From assembly GCA_009103225.1 (NCBI GenBank), contig RHPI01002438.1, positions 490,750 through 554,749 on the forward strand: 64,000 nucleotides of DNA. Reading direction: 5' to 3'. Both the position numbers and the translations under genes were made by a program. A model generated the notes under the pieces. That model did no database searches. It had not been told where the DNA came from and saw nothing but the letters and a program-made list of their open reading frames with translations. The first letter of the stretch is position 1; every line of letters starts with the position of its first letter. Origin of the DNA: Chlorokybus atmophyticus. Its lineage: Eukaryota > Plantae > Mesostigma and Chlorokybus algae. This document shows positions 43,068 through 57,177 of this stretch, piece after piece.

Positions 43068-46000
43068 TTATACCTTTCCGCCATTGGCTTCTTTGCTCCT
43101 GCGTGCAGCACGAACCCTCTCAGCTTGAAGCGTCGAGTCATACTTGCCGCCCATCTGCGGCTGCTGCGGTAATGAACCTCTGCCTGTAGTAACACATTGC
43201 TTGTAATGTTCACGGCTTTCTGCAACAACCGCCTTCAATGCATGCTGCATGTGAGAGCATGCACAATGCAAGCCTCTCTATCGCTGGCATCATGAAGCAA
43301 CATTTGATGCTTTTGCAAAGTAACAGTACAGTACCATCATTCAGTGCCGACCGAAGCGCTTCTGCATCCTCAAGCACGTCCATGAGGTCCTGCTTGAGTG
43401 CTGCACATTCGATCTGCTTCTCCCTAGAGCCACACAAAAGATAAGTCAGGTCAAGTCAGGTGGCATGACACATAATGTGCATGAACGCACCCACCCACGC
43501 TTACTCTAACAATTTAAAGGCATTCCCTCACGTACTTGAGAGCAATGTCACAGGCTTCAAGGCGCTCAAGTAAGTACGTGTGCGGTTGTCGAATGCCCTC
43601 CGCACGCCGTTTGGCCACACTCAACTTCTCTTCCATCTGATGATGATGACAAGAGGACTTCTAATGTTGTACTCTTCTGCACTCAGGACTGCAAGCTAAC
43701 TCTGATGCATACTCACCTCTTGGAGGCGCGCATTGCTGGTGTTTAGCTGCTGTGTTACAGCATCGCGCTCCCGCTGTAGCTCGTCTAATTGCGCAGCAAC
43801 CTGACAGACACAGTTCAAGTTCGCACAACAAGCTGTTGCACTGCAGCTCAAAACTCAACTGCACGGTACCTTTTGAGTGTTGTCTTTGTTGGACTGTTTC
43901 CCTACCGCTGCACACAGGATTGGCACACAACATAGCAGTCCGCGGTCAACATGTGTCCAATCCAATGTCAAACCGAACAACAATAACCAATGTGTTCACC
44001 TTCGTTTGATCTGCCTTCACTGAGCTCGTTGTATAGCTTCCGTGCTGCTTCCAGGGCTCCCTCAAGCTCTGCAACCCTCTTTGATCCCTCAGCTTCCACC
44101 TCCCGACACCTCTCAGTCAAGACAGACACCTACGCAACCACAAAGCGTCAACAACAATAACGACAACAATAAATACAGAAACAACATCATTTCATAAGAG
44201 AGGTAATGCATCCGTGCCTTTGCTTCGAGGACAGAGCAGCGGGCGTCTGCGGCGCGGCGAGCTTCGGAGCTGTCAGCGAGGAGGGCGGAGGCGCGGTCGG
44301 CCTCGAAGGCGCGGAGCCGCAGCTGCGTGCGGGACTCCGCCATCTCGCTGTCCCACGCCGACTGCGCATCCCGCATCCTGAGAGTAGCAGCAGAACAACC
44401 GTGTCAAGAAACACATCATGCTTGAACAGAAAGTGACCACATTCCCTACTTACCTCGCGAGGATGTCCTCGCGGTCACGCTTGGCCTCACGCAGTTGAAC
44501 CGTGAGGGCCTGCGCTTCTATGATGGCGGCGTCCCTCGAGTCCTTGATAATGCTGTTGCAAATGAATGTAGGCAACTTTAGTTCTAGAATGGAGCACTGT
44601 GTGCCAACCAAGTATATGTGGCAATGTAGTAAACACACTGGGGCGTAAGCATCGGGCCAGCAAGAACATGAGTCCTTAAACCCACAAACCGTAGCTCGCG
44701 CTCAAGGGCCTCCCCGGCCTCCCTCCGAACGCGCTCCAAGTCAGCGGTCGCTGCTTCTCTGATCCTCGCAATCTCGACCTGAGCAAGAACAGAGCATTCA
44801 TGACCAACACCATGTCAGCTTCACAATTCATCATCTTCTATGCACTCACGTACGCACGCACACCTCAAGCTTTTGCTCATGGTCAAGGGCTCTCTCGTCC
44901 CTGGCCTTGCCGAAGACCTCTTCGGCAGCCTTGGCAGCGCGCTTGGCATCGGCGGCTTTGATCTTCACGCGCTCTAGCTCGCGCTCGGTCTGCAAAAGGG
45001 ACTCCTGCAGCGTCTTCACCTCGCGCCCAAGGTACACCTGGTGTGAAGAATAAGTTCACATGATTGGGGTTGCACCCACACAACATGTGCGCGCGCACGC
45101 ACCCACTGTTGGCATCACATTGTGCATGCCTTATCGAGGTGGAGGAGTTCAGCAGCGTGTGTGCGGTCGGCTAGGCGCGTGGCGAGGCGGTCGCGATCCT
45201 CCTGAAGGGCTTTGATCTTGACATCCGCCCCGCCCGCCTCAGCGCTCAGACGCGCGCACTGGGCCTCCAACGCATCCGCCGCCTTCTTCAACTAGTAAGG
45301 ATGTGGTGGTCAGAAGCTTGTTTGTTACCTCCACCACCCAACATGATGTTAGCGCTCACCTCATCGTACATTGCGCCCTTGGCGGAGAGGACCTCCTTCT
45401 GCATGATTGTGTCCTCGAGGTCACGCTCCAGGCGCTCCACCCTTGCCTGCATGCATCACCATATGAATAAGGCATTGACACGTGAGCATACGTACACGCT
45501 GTGTGCATGTGTACCTGCAGCGTGGCGTTGGTGGCAAGGACGTCGCGCGCAGTGGCAGTGGCCTCAGCCGCCTCCCTCTTACCCTCCCTTTGCGCCCTTT
45601 CCGCCTCCCCCGTGGCCCTCGCCTGCCCCTCCCTGGAGCATGCACATGCACACTTGTATAGAGTGTGTATGCCAATGCATACAACACAAGGTGCTGACAA
45701 TCCTCTCGGCCCCACCTTGCGGCGTCGCGCTCGGCCAGTGCGGTGCGCAGGAGGGCTTCGGTGGCCTTCAGCTCCTCGAAACCGCGGAGCGCAGCCCAGT
45801 CGGCGGGAGAACGATCCCCTGGAGCCAGTGCATTGGCCTCATCATACCTGTCAGCACATGCAAGCAAGCATAAAGCAGAGCCTACATGTAATAATGGACC
45901 TGTCAGCACTTGTTTGTGTATTGTGTTAACCCAGCATGCGTGATGAATCAGGGCTCACCTTGATTGAGTGCATCTGAGCTCCTGGATCTGTTCGATTGCG

Positions 46001-47362
46001 TTAACGAGTGCTCGCTTGGCGGCCGAGGACGCGCGGCCCTCATCGTGCTGCTGGTCAGCATGACGCGCCTTGAGGTCCGCCAGCTGCTGGTGTTGCAGGG
46101 CGTCGATACGGGCTTGCAACCTGGAGGGGAACGGCTTGCTTGTGTGCATGAACGTCATAACAATGTGTGGCGACTGTAGCGTGCATGAGCAAAGGGACGC
46201 TGCTGGAGTGAACACTCGCGCGTGTGGATGTATAACAGTGACAGCACGATGAAGAGAGGAAGTAATACATGGACGTTTGAGTGACAACATAAGCATCAAC
46301 TGTGACGGGTGCACTCATACAGAGACAATATCAACTGACTCATAGTACAAGAGTATTTGAACTAGCAGTGTTGCCTTGCCTTTGTGTTTCAAGAACGTGC
46401 TGCGACTCCAGCTGCCGCTTCCCACGCGTCAAGGTGGCTAACTGCACGCACATGCAACTCCGGCACGTCAACATTGCATACCACATGCATACAGGTCCAT
46501 CCACCTGTCCTGCACAGCACCTGTTCCTGGAGCAGGGCAGTGCGGCGACGGAACTCCTCCGCCAGCTTGCGCGTGGTATCAACCACAACAGATTGGCCAT
46601 TGAACTCACTTGACTCACTCCCTGCACAAGACATATGCACAACACTTCGCTATACTGCATGCGGTTGGGGTTTGGTCCAGTTGTGTACGCACGCGAGTCT
46701 GATGGTGTGTGAGCCGAGGAAGCCTCATCCTGCTCCCTGTCCTCGCTTCTACCGGCAAGCATGGCGATTGGCTCTTCTGAGGCAGCATACTGCAGCATAC
46801 ACGCTCACGTAAGCTTGAGTATATTGATGTTGTTGTTGGGGGTGACCGAAAAGGGGTATAGCAAGTAGTGTATGTGCAATGTTCAACCAGGCAACAGCCA
46901 TGTGCATGCTTGACACTAACACGTACAGCCAGCCTGCAACTGAGAGAGGAGCGGTTGCAAGCATGGTTGTGCATCGCATGTTGACTGACCGTTCCTCCTG
47001 CTATCTCTACCGTGCATGATTGTGCATGCTTCAGGAAAGACGTGTGTCCACATTGTGGGATGTGGAGTGTATACGCATGGTAAGCACACGATTCTGCTTG
47101 CATGCATATAGTACAGAACAACCAACCGCGGTGAAACAGTTATGCCCACTTGAAAGCACGCGCAAAAGGGGGGGGAAGGGGGGGGGAAGTTATAACGTTA
47201 TGTATGGTCATGATCTCAGCGTACCTGATCATCGTTATCGCTGCCGTCCTCACCCTCGCCCACACCGAGGTCCTCCTCGTCGTCGTCAGAGGCGGAGGCG
47301 CGCAGGTCGCGCAGCAGCCGCGTCAGCCTCTTCTTCGCACTGCTACCGCCGCCTCCGCTCAT
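43068..47362 (-). CDS. PIBF1: Centriolar coiled-coil protein PIBF1/CEP90-like (multi-exon)
   Basis: Coiled-coil exons ALDHEQKLE|VEIARIREAATADLERVRREAGEALERELR|GLKDSRDAAIIEAQ, RLRAFEADRASALLADS and IRQPHTYLLERLE parallel the PIBF1 segments YENKL..[36 protein letters not shown] and QQPYRYLIES. Start MSGGGGSSAKKRL at 47362. Confidence 0.75.
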
Positions 47363-48837
47363 TCCCTTACCTCTCACTCTGTTTAAACAAACACCGCTTG
47401 CACCAGCTGTACGCTAGCTTATGTCGCTGTGTTTCAACCCAATATGTGTGACACCGACACTCACCAATTACCAATCACACTTGCAAGCTGTCTCTTTCGG
47501 CATCAAGCTGGTACTGTAATATGTAGTTACGCCTCTCTGTGCTGGCCTTTCAAGCATTGCAAACTGGCAGCGGAGCGGTCACAGAGGGCAAAACACTCGT
47601 ACGTCAAAGCTTCAAGAATTCGTGCTGTTTAACAGCGCCTGTGCATTGCGTGGCAGTTGTTTCGGTGCGCATTGCAATTCTGTCACATATAAGCTAACTA
47701 CACTTGCTGTGACATAAACAATGCTTGTAGTTCGTGTCACACTGCAAGCAAGCGAAGCAGTCTGCTTGAAGCAAGTTGTTGCTACAAGCAGACAGCACAA
47801 AGGGCGGGTACAGAAACGCAAATGCGCGCAATTGCTGACATCTCTCGTTACCGCCACGCATCGACGTCAGCCCTCGGATCCGAACTGCCTAGTTAATCGG
47901 ACGGTCCCGATGCTCCCGTGCGATCCGTGCAACGGGCAGACTGCGCGATATCGGCGTTATGCGTCGCGTTTAGGGACATCATCCGCGTGGTTGGTGGAGT
48001 CAGCGTTGTTGGCGGTGTGGGCGGCAGCGAGGTGGAGAAGGGAGCTACTCGAAGCTTGTGGCTTGACGCTGTCTTGTACATAGCGTTTGGGGGATCTGGC
48101 GTTGCTGGTGTGTTGGTTTATGGGCTGGAATTGAGCTGGTGGAGGGTGTGTGATGGCCCCGGAGGACGCTGGGGCCGGGGCGGCGGCTGCGGCGGCGTCA
48201 GGAACGAGGTGAACGTTGTTCAGTGTTGTTTTCTGCGCGCTAGTCTGTTTGTGAAACAGGACCGCCAGCATCATCTTCCTTGGATCTGGTCAGAACGGCC
48301 CTGCACGGTTAGGGTTTGCTCGCAGCAGCATGAAGCTGTCCGCACTATCACTTTTGTTGGCGAGATGTGTGACAATTGTGCCTAAGCTTCAGTCTTGACA
48401 GACGCAGTATCCGTTCAGCTGCCGAAATAGCTCGTGGTGTAGGTGTAAAACTTGATCGTACACTGCCCAAGTGCTAGCCACGGCCAGCGTTCGCTTGCTG
48501 CATAGCCCAATTTGCAAGTTGTGTGACTTTCAGCTGTTTCAGTGATTGCTGGCTGGTGGTGGGCAATAAACAGTCGCTCAAGGGCAGCTATGCTTGGTGG
48601 CTTTGGGGTAACTTGCAGTTCATGAAGCAATGTGGTGCAGATCACCGCAGGGTTGTACATTTGTTAGGTAGATGGTAGCAACTTTGCTACAAACTGAATC
48701 AGGTGTTTAGTTGTCAGTCTGCATACTGTTGGGATTGTGGTGAAGTCAACCAAGTCATCAACACTTGGTGTTAGTGGCATTGCCCGTGAGGTGTCGTGTT
48801 GTGCTTGCGAATGCAGTCCTTATGGTGCGTTGTGCAG

Positions 48838-51800
48838 GGCAAACAGGAGAATACAACATACACGCGAGGAGCTCTTGTCGCTAGGAAAACGGGCAGCTTG
48901 CCAGCAGTGTCCACCCGGACTGGACACAAGCATTTTCAAGTAAGTCATGGACCTTGTCACATATGCCTGCCATGAAAGTGTTCCGTATGCTGTCCACTTT
49001 ATCATGCTGGGATGAGCAACACCGTGATTGACAACTGTGGCTGCTGCCGTTGCTACGCGCAGAGAGTTGTCATCACGAGATGCGCAAGATGTTTGGCTTG
49101 GAACTGGGCGAGTGCCTGCCAGGTACGTGCGTGTTGCATAGTGCAGATTAGAGCAGTCCATGTCGCTATTAGGGGAGCGGTCTATTTGGTCTAGGCGCCC
49201 ATTCCTCGTTTGTTCCATGGGTCAGTCATTCCCTTTCAGCCCGCTCTCTATATTGTGATGATGACTGAGGCCGATTGAAACGGGCAGCAGTCGAGGGCTG
49301 CTCTCAACTAGTTGAGCTTTGCTTGGGTTGCAAGTCCTGACTATTGTCGTTTTTTTGTTCCGCAGTGAACCCCGTCAGGCGGAAGTTATTCCGGCATGGC
49401 GACGAAAGGACGTGCCTCGTGAGAATGGAGATGTGGACTCGGTTCTCGCAGGTTACGAGCCACGCTCTTGGGATCGTGAAGCTGGCAAGGACCGTCCAGT
49501 TCTGGGCAGGCCACTCGTCCAAGGGCCGCCGGTTGGCGCACGGGATTTTGACAGCGCAGGCGGCCAAATACGAGTAGCGCAGTTTGGCAGCCGCAGTTTG
49601 TCGAGCAGAGACAGCGGTGAGCAATGCTGGTGATGCCCCTTTTCCTTACTGTACACTTCATCGCTTAAGTGGTATGCTTCATGCACTTTGCAGTGCAAAG
49701 CTATATGCACAAGCTATGTGCATAAGCGTTTGCCAACTCTTAATGGAACTTTATCCATGGTATGTTTGTTGGATGCCAGGAGATTCTTTGCTGTTCAGCC
49801 CTCCAAAGAGCATGCTGTCGTCGTCTCCTGCATCCTTGCGACCACGCTGGGGTCAGGATGAACGGCCAACCATGCGCGCTGTTAACGGAACCGGTGAATA
49901 CTCGCCGCCACGAGGGCGTGGAAGGGGAATGCCATTGCGCGCTGAACGCCATTCGGTATGCTCACAATGTAACCATAGACAAGCTGCGCATGCTCAGTGC
50001 TTACGATTGGCCACTGACAGCTGGATGTTCCGCGACGCCCTCGTGTTGATGACGGCCCCGTCGCTTTTGCTGGTAGAGGTGGTCGCCCGACAATGCCTGG
50101 TGCCAGGGTGCCTCGTGATAGTGCGGAACGGGAGTGGGACAGGGATAAGGACCGTTTTGGGCCAAGCAGTTGGGATCAATCACGCGAGTATGATAGGGAC
50201 TGGGACCGTGGGGGCTCACACGAGAAGCCAGCATGGAAACCAGAGTGGGACCGTGTTGATGCAGGCTTAGATGGGGCAGCAGAGCAATCTGCGCAAAACC
50301 GCAAAGGTATTCAAGAGGAAGCTAGAGCTTTAACCAACATCGTGGATGGCAGGCTACAGCTGGGATTGGTTGTTGTCTAACACATCCTCTCACCAACCTG
50401 TTGCACATGGCAGAGGCGTTTGAAGCAGAACTGGCGAGGTATCGAGAACAGGCACACCGTGAACGCAACACAGCATCATCATCAAAGCCGGACACAGCCA
50501 AGCCTGATGATAGAGCAGATGTCAAACAAGCTCAGGCCAGTGCTCCCGTTGAGGTGCGCAAGCCAAATTACATTGACGCATGACCGTTGCTTACCAACCA
50601 GTTGCAGGTGCTGACACTGCTTTTGCAGATCCAGCAGGCAGATACACCTCAGAAACAAAAACAGGAAGATGGTGCTGGCAGTGTCCCACAACGTGCTGCC
50701 TCGCCGTGGAATGTAGATAAGCTGTTTGACCCGTCGGCAGGTCTTTCTTCACTTCTAGGCATAGGTTCTGGAAGCCCTGCACCAAGCCAGGTGCGCACAG
50801 CATGGATGTTTGCGGAACACGTGTTTAAGCAGGGAAACTGGTTGCTAATTAGCATTGGCGCAGGATGAGACCCGAAGCGCTGACGAAGTTGACGGGGGCA
50901 GCGAAAGTGGACTGTCCAAGTTTGCCCGATGGTTCAAGCAGGATAGTAAGTTGGATTGTGGTGTGAGTTTGCTGGTTGCTACAGTTTGTCAGGTTGCTGG
51001 CCTCTGGCAACCTGCCTGGCGACTTGCACGGACCCCTATGATAGGGTATGACCCTTCTTGTTGCATTGTCAGGTTCAGCAGAGCAGTCAAGCTCAGCAGC
51101 ACCTCCTGAAAAGGGCAAGTCAAGGGCATCCCCAGCATTAGAGGTTGCAGTTCCAGCACCCACACAAACTGGACAGTCGCGGCTATTCGCTCTGTTTCAA
51201 AACATGGGAGCCACCAGCGCTTCAGCAACACCTCCAGCCTCCACCACCCCGCCACTACCTGTGGCTGGTGGGAACGTGTTGTCATTGGATGAGCTGGAAC
51301 GCTCCCTGTCATCGCAAGCGGACGACAGCCGTGGCAACAAAGCGGGCGCAACACAGCAGCAGTACAGTGAGAGTTTAAGATCGCCTTCTGGCGGCCTGGC
51401 AGAGATGTTTCGCAAGGCGGCGGAAACGCCACCGCCATCACAGGCGGAACAAACAGCCCCGCCAGCTTCATTGCCAGGCGTGCCCGCAAACTTCAGGACG
51501 CTTGATGACATCGAGCGCGACCACTACAAGGAGCAGGACCGCATGCCGGTTGGACCGCCTCAAGCTGCAGGGGCAGCTGCACAGCATCTGCTGTCGCTGC
51601 TTGCAAGCGCTGGAGCCCGCCAGCAAAGCCCCGCACCTCAGCTCAACCTTCCGCCAGAGCTGACCGGCGCAGCGCCGCTTTCTGCCGGGCGTGCAGACGA
51701 ACGCGTTGCTCCTGGCAAGGCAGCGAAAGCACGGGTAGGTTCTGCAGGGGGAAAGGAAGGGCGACCCCAAGCCGCCACGGCCCAGCCTAGGAAGGGTTAC

Positions 51801-52727
51801 CCCCAAGGAGGCGACCCGGCATTGTCTGGTGTGGGCTTGGATGCAATGGATGCAAACCTTCTGTCTTCATTTGCTGGCAGCGGACCACTGCAAGAGCCAC
51901 CGCGCGTGCCAAGCAGGCAGAACGAGCGGCCACCGTCACGGTTGACTGCTTACATGGAGCAGCAGTTGCCTGACACGCTCATTCCAGATGTATGGCCAGG
52001 GAACGGCCGCATGTCCAGTCAGTTTGAGGCGCCGCCGCAGCGAGCTAATGGGCCGCCCCGAGTCTCACCTGCATCGTTCTCAATGGATGGGCTTTTCATG
52101 CGCGGCAACGAGGTGGTCGACTTTCCTCAGCAGTTCGTGCAGCAAGAGCGCCACAGGCGACGAGCTTCCTTTGACGAGCAGAACCTCTTCCAGACTGCGG
52201 GCTTGCAGGGCTACCAGGCCCCACCTCCAGCTTACGAGGACAAGTTCCAACGTAACAAGTACCCGCAAGATGCTGCTGTACTCAACAACCAGTATTCTCA
52301 CCTCCAGTACCCCAACCCTGCCTATGCACCCTCGGCACAACCTCCTCCCCAGTTCTTTCAAAGCCCCAATGTCCCGCCCATGCGAAGCGCCAACATGGGC
52401 TTCTTCAACGGGCCGGCGCCCCCGCAATACATGCCTCCACAGGCGCAGTACATGCCACCGCCTCCGCCCGTGCACGGCGGGTTCCCCGGCCAACGCAGCC
52501 ACCATCAGGGGTTCACGCCTCCACCCTTCGTCCAGCAGCAGCAGCAGGAGCTCGGCTTCAACCCATCCATGCGACAGTTTGGGGTGGAGAATGCACCGGG
52601 CATGGGGCGGCCTCGCCCGGAGTGGTTCGCGGATGGGACGGGACACGGCGGTCCAGCGGGTATGCCGATGCAGATGACGGAAGAGATTGAGCGCATGCTG
52701 CATGCCGTGCGCCTGCAGCACGGGTAG
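48838..52727 (+). CDS. Largely disordered protein with an N-terminal eIF4E-binding-like motif, CBE1/4E-T-like; start codon not resolved
   Basis: An exon from 48838 gives RIQHTREELLSLGKRAACQQCPPGLD, similar to the YxxxxLphi motif followed by a basic/Cys segment in plant CBE1. It is followed by RD/W-rich exons, AEAFEAELARYREQ and a long P/Q-rich terminal exon (VLSLDELERSL, RTLDDIER) ending at 52727. Confidence 0.55.
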
Positions 52728-54503
52728 TGCTTGCAGTGTTTTCACTCTTTGTCTTGCCATGAATGCAGACAGTAGCCACATGCGAGTGCAGCCTTCATGT
52801 AGTGTTGTATGGTAGCTAGCATCAGTACCCAACAGCATCATCGTCACCAGTGGTAGGCGATTTTGTTAGGTTTGTATAGAACTGTATGTTTGTAGGTGCA
52901 GGTCAGTTATGTCAGGGTGCCCTGTGTAGCGTTGGGCAACAAGCAGTTGAACACAGGAATGACCCACTAACGCAATTCCCTGCTTGGTAGCAGTAGTTCT
53001 TCAGTGTGATTCGGTTTGTTAGGCTTGCAGTGTTTGCAGCCACAGTTGGAGTTGGTGGCCTGAAGTGAAGTTTGTGTGATGTCAGCCTTGCTGAATGGAG
53101 TCCAACTGGTGGGTGTTGCTGATATACATCAAATGCAGGACATGCATGCGCATGCACAACGTGTCCAGTCAGCACGCAGCAACACATGCAAGGTGTCGTA
53201 CAAATGACATCTAGTTGACCACCGGGCTACAACTAGCACACTAATCTACTGCCTCTACCCGGTTAGACATGCAGCAGTCAGTATGCTTGTGACAGCATCT
53301 TTCGCTGGTGGCAGACTGTGCTATAGCGTGTAGTTCTGGGCCTCAAAATTACACAATTTGGTGCGCTGTGTTGATGTCTTTGAGTTAGTTGCAGCCCACG
53401 CAGCTGGGGTCAGGTTGCTGAAGTGTATTTTATTTGCATGACAGTGCTTACACTAAGTGCGCAACCCTGCATGCGTGTATGCCTTGGCAGTGGCTGTCAC
53501 TCTGTTGATTGCATAGCTCGCATAGGTTGGATAAAACTGAGCGCGGTTCTTGCCATTAAGTCTTAAACATTGTATAAGAACTGGTACGCTAGGTAGGCTG
53601 CATGCAAGTGTCACACGCATGTCATGGCAACGTGTCAAGCTCATGCCGCACGCAAGTTCACCGCCCATACTCCATCATAGTTAACCACCGGGCTGTCTAC
53701 CACGCTACCTAGCACACTACCTACCCCGTTAGCCATAGCAGCATGCATGTCAGTCAATCACCTGCATGGGTGCAGTTCACAGCGTCAGACACGGCGAGCT
53801 CAGCGGTTGACACAAGCAGTTAGCAGTGTGCGCATGCAGCATCCCCGCCCCTCCCTCTCTCCCCCCCCTCCCACTCTCCCTCTCCTCTCCGCCCCTCTCC
53901 TCCCCCACATCCTCCCTCTCCGCTGCGTTGGCAGTCGCATGGCGCTGTAACCCTTGGTGCTGCGCACCGAGCAGGGCACTTCTGCCCCGCCCCTCCTCCC
54001 GGCCCTTGTGCAGGGCCCTTCCCCTCGTCTTCAGCGCTCACTGGTCGCTGTCATTCGCACCGCCGGCGGTAGCAGTGCTGCTGCTGCTGGCAGTTCGGCA
54101 GTCTGGTACCGCTGGCAGTTAGGTGCTGCTGGTGGGGCTGGTCTTCTCCTCCGTCCGCACGGCCAAGCCGCCTTACCAGGCAGCCTGCTCCCCGCGCACT
54201 TGATGCTGTTGCTGCGTCTTCAGTGATGGCGCTGTCGTTGCCACGATGCCTGCAGTGTGCAGTGGTGGCATCCTAACATACAGTGCGTGAAAACAGCAAT
54301 GCAAAACGGAGCTGCATCCCGGACACACCCGCTGTGGTGGCGGTCGCAAGATGCAGCTTGGCAAGCCATCAGGCGCAAACCATGCAGCCTGGTTGTGCCA
54401 TTCAAGCAGCAGTTAGCATGCTATGCAGTACAAGGACAATGCACAACCATCCACATGAGCTGCGCCGTCACAACACATTCATGTGCGAAAACCACAGCAA
54501 CTC

Positions 54504-55861
54504 TCAAACGCTCTCAACACCGACATGTAACCGTTCTTCCTGCTGTCCATATTTCCCCCATCCCCTCTCACCACCAGCCTCCCTCCCATCCCCCGGATCT
54601 AATCTCCTCAACAACTTCCCAATCGGATAGAAGAAGAAGCTGACCGGTAAGTACTTCACGAAGCGGTACCAAGGGCGGTAAGGCAGCGCGAGGCAGTGCA
54701 GGTGGAGGTGAGGGACACTGTACCACGGAGGCGCGTGGAAACCGAAACGCTGAGGGGCGCCGGGGGCGTCGCGGGAGAGGAGGGAACGACCCACCTATAT
54801 GGGATGATATGTTGGGTGTTGGTTAGTGGGTGGTGGGTGGGGGTTGGTGTGTGTAGGCAGCAATGCGCGAAGACGGTGTTAGTGTCGTGCGTGCTCGTGT
54901 AAGAGTAAGAGAGAGAGAATGAGACACCTCGTGCATGCGGCGGGCCAAGGCGAAGTCGGACTCGCTGCGCTTGAGATCGCGGACGTGACGGATGTGGGAC
55001 ACCGGAACAACCTGTGTGACAACAACTGTCTCTTCGCTGTGTGTGCGCAAGCACACAGCACATAAGCAGGCAATGTGGTGCGATGCGGTGACTCGGGCAT
55101 TGTACCGATGTGTGTGGATGGCAGTGAAGTGTTTTTGTGAACATGATAAATGACACAAACGCGTCATCAACAGCGCTGAATGAATCTGTTTAGCAGCTGG
55201 AGTCGATCAATCCAAACTTGCGCAAGTCAAGTTTCATTAGCTGATGGTTCGCCACTAGCGGGCTTCACTATATCTGATGCAACGTGAGACAATGACGTCA
55301 CTGGCATAGACCACCAATAACAACTCTACTATAGAAATGAAGGCATCTCCCAATCCTGGTACTCTGCACAGACTGCTCCACTTATGCTGTGTGGGTTCAT
55401 CGCTAGCTCTGCTTCTGGAGAAATTGTTTGAGCGCAGGTACTTTTCTAGCTGCTTACTACTAAACAGTGCTTGTTTAGCTGCTTCATCATCAGATAGTAG
55501 AGCGCACTCGAGCTTGTATTGTGAAGCCAATCAACACACTACTCAGCATGGTTCCGTGCGTTTTCCACACCTGGTAGTGCTTTCGTGCGGCCGGCGATCT
55601 GTCCTCGAAAGCGACAACCAGCTCGTCCCGGTAGAGCACGCGCGAGGTGAGGCGGCCCACACCCACACCCACACCTACACCCACCCCCACCCCGCCCCCT
55701 TCCACGCCGCCCTCGCCTCCTCCTCCTGCGCTAACCGCTGCGCTCACGATAGCGCAGAAGGGGCAACCCGCCCGCGGCGCTCTCCCACCACCGCCGCTGC
55801 CGCTGCTGCCGCCGCCGCCCATGGACGTCCACCCGTCCACCCACAAGCAACGGGGCCTCAT
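54504..55861 (-). CDS. Histidine-triad nucleotide-binding protein, HINT3/plant HINT4-like
   Basis: Three exons: GCPFCAIV...RVLYRDELVVAFEDRSPAARKHYQ | VVPVSHIRHVRDLKRSESDFALARRMHE | VGRSLL..RFGFHAPPWYSVPHLHLHCLALPY, containing the HxHxH triad. Start at 55861 or 55822. Confidence 0.88.
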
Positions 55862-57177
55862 GCACAGGGACGCCTCTCTCCAGGCGGCGGCGGCGGCGGC
55901 GGACGTCGTGGATTGCGTCAGACAGAGGTGTAGTAGCAGTTGATACAAGGCAACACGCTTTCTGCTGCTGTTGATGCGTGGCGTGGAGGTGAGACTTTGA
56001 GCTTGCAGCAACAGCACCCAATGTGGTGGCTAACTACCTCCACCCGGGCATGGTGTGTTGACGGTGTCGCGGTTGTTGGGGAGAATGCAACTGTATGACG
56101 GGCAATGCTGCACGCATTTGGCAGATGTAATGTGTGCAAAAATGCGCATGTGCGTGCGCGCATTCGTGCGCGTGTTTGTGTGTGCGTGTCTGCCTGCCGT
56201 GCACGTGCGTGTGTGCCCACACAACCGTGCGCATGCATGGAAAGCAGGGAAGGGGTGCGTTGAAAACAGAGGCCAGGAGCTGAAGTTTCGATCCAGACAG
56301 CTTCGCGCACACGCACAGCCACACGTACGCACTCGCTATGCTGAGTGCCTCTGTATGTCTTAGCTAGGACTTGCATGATCCTGCATGTTGTATACTAGAG
56401 CGCACATATGCGCGCAAGCGCGAGCAGGCACGCCCACAGCGAATTGCGATGTAGGCTCTCCCAGCCGAGTGCAGCTTCCTTGTTACGTTGTGATTGGAAT
56501 GGGTCAGCAACTTGCTGCGTTCACCCGTTCATTGTTGTTGTGGGGATACTGCGTCGCCATTGATATGATAGCGCTGGACATGAGCAACATCTGCTTCATG
56601 CGCTGACATTGCTAGTCAAGCACTGCTAAACAAGTTTGCCGACGGCCTCAGGCGCAATCAAACCACTGTCCAACGCGCATGCGATCTCTTACTGCAATGG
56701 TAATCAAGCCTTCCCTGTCCAAGCACTCGCTCACTCTGACACAGTGTCTGTTGAACCATCGAACAGTCACTCTCTCTCACCTTGTGTGTTGCGGTCACTG
56801 ACGGTCATCAACCATACCAACAACAAAATCGAGAAACATTTCTTAAAGCGGGGCTCAGGTGTGGCAAAGGTGTGGATAACATGGTCTGTGGGTCAGTCGG
56901 CTGAGCCCTTCTACACAAAGGCGGCAACCTTAGAGTTCAAGCTAACTGTGACTGTGCAATACATATGCGCGCACTCGTGTGTGCACGCGCGCGCGTACAT
57001 ATGCATAGATTCTCCCCCCGTTGTGCAGCGTAATCTAACGGTTGGCAACCTATGCACCAGTATAAAATAGCGGCTCAATTGGGTTAGAATAACTTTTAAC
57101 CTCTTAAAGTGGAAGTGGAGTCTTCGAAAAAGAAGCTAGTAGCAACATAAATAATTAGCGATCCGATTTAAAAAAAA

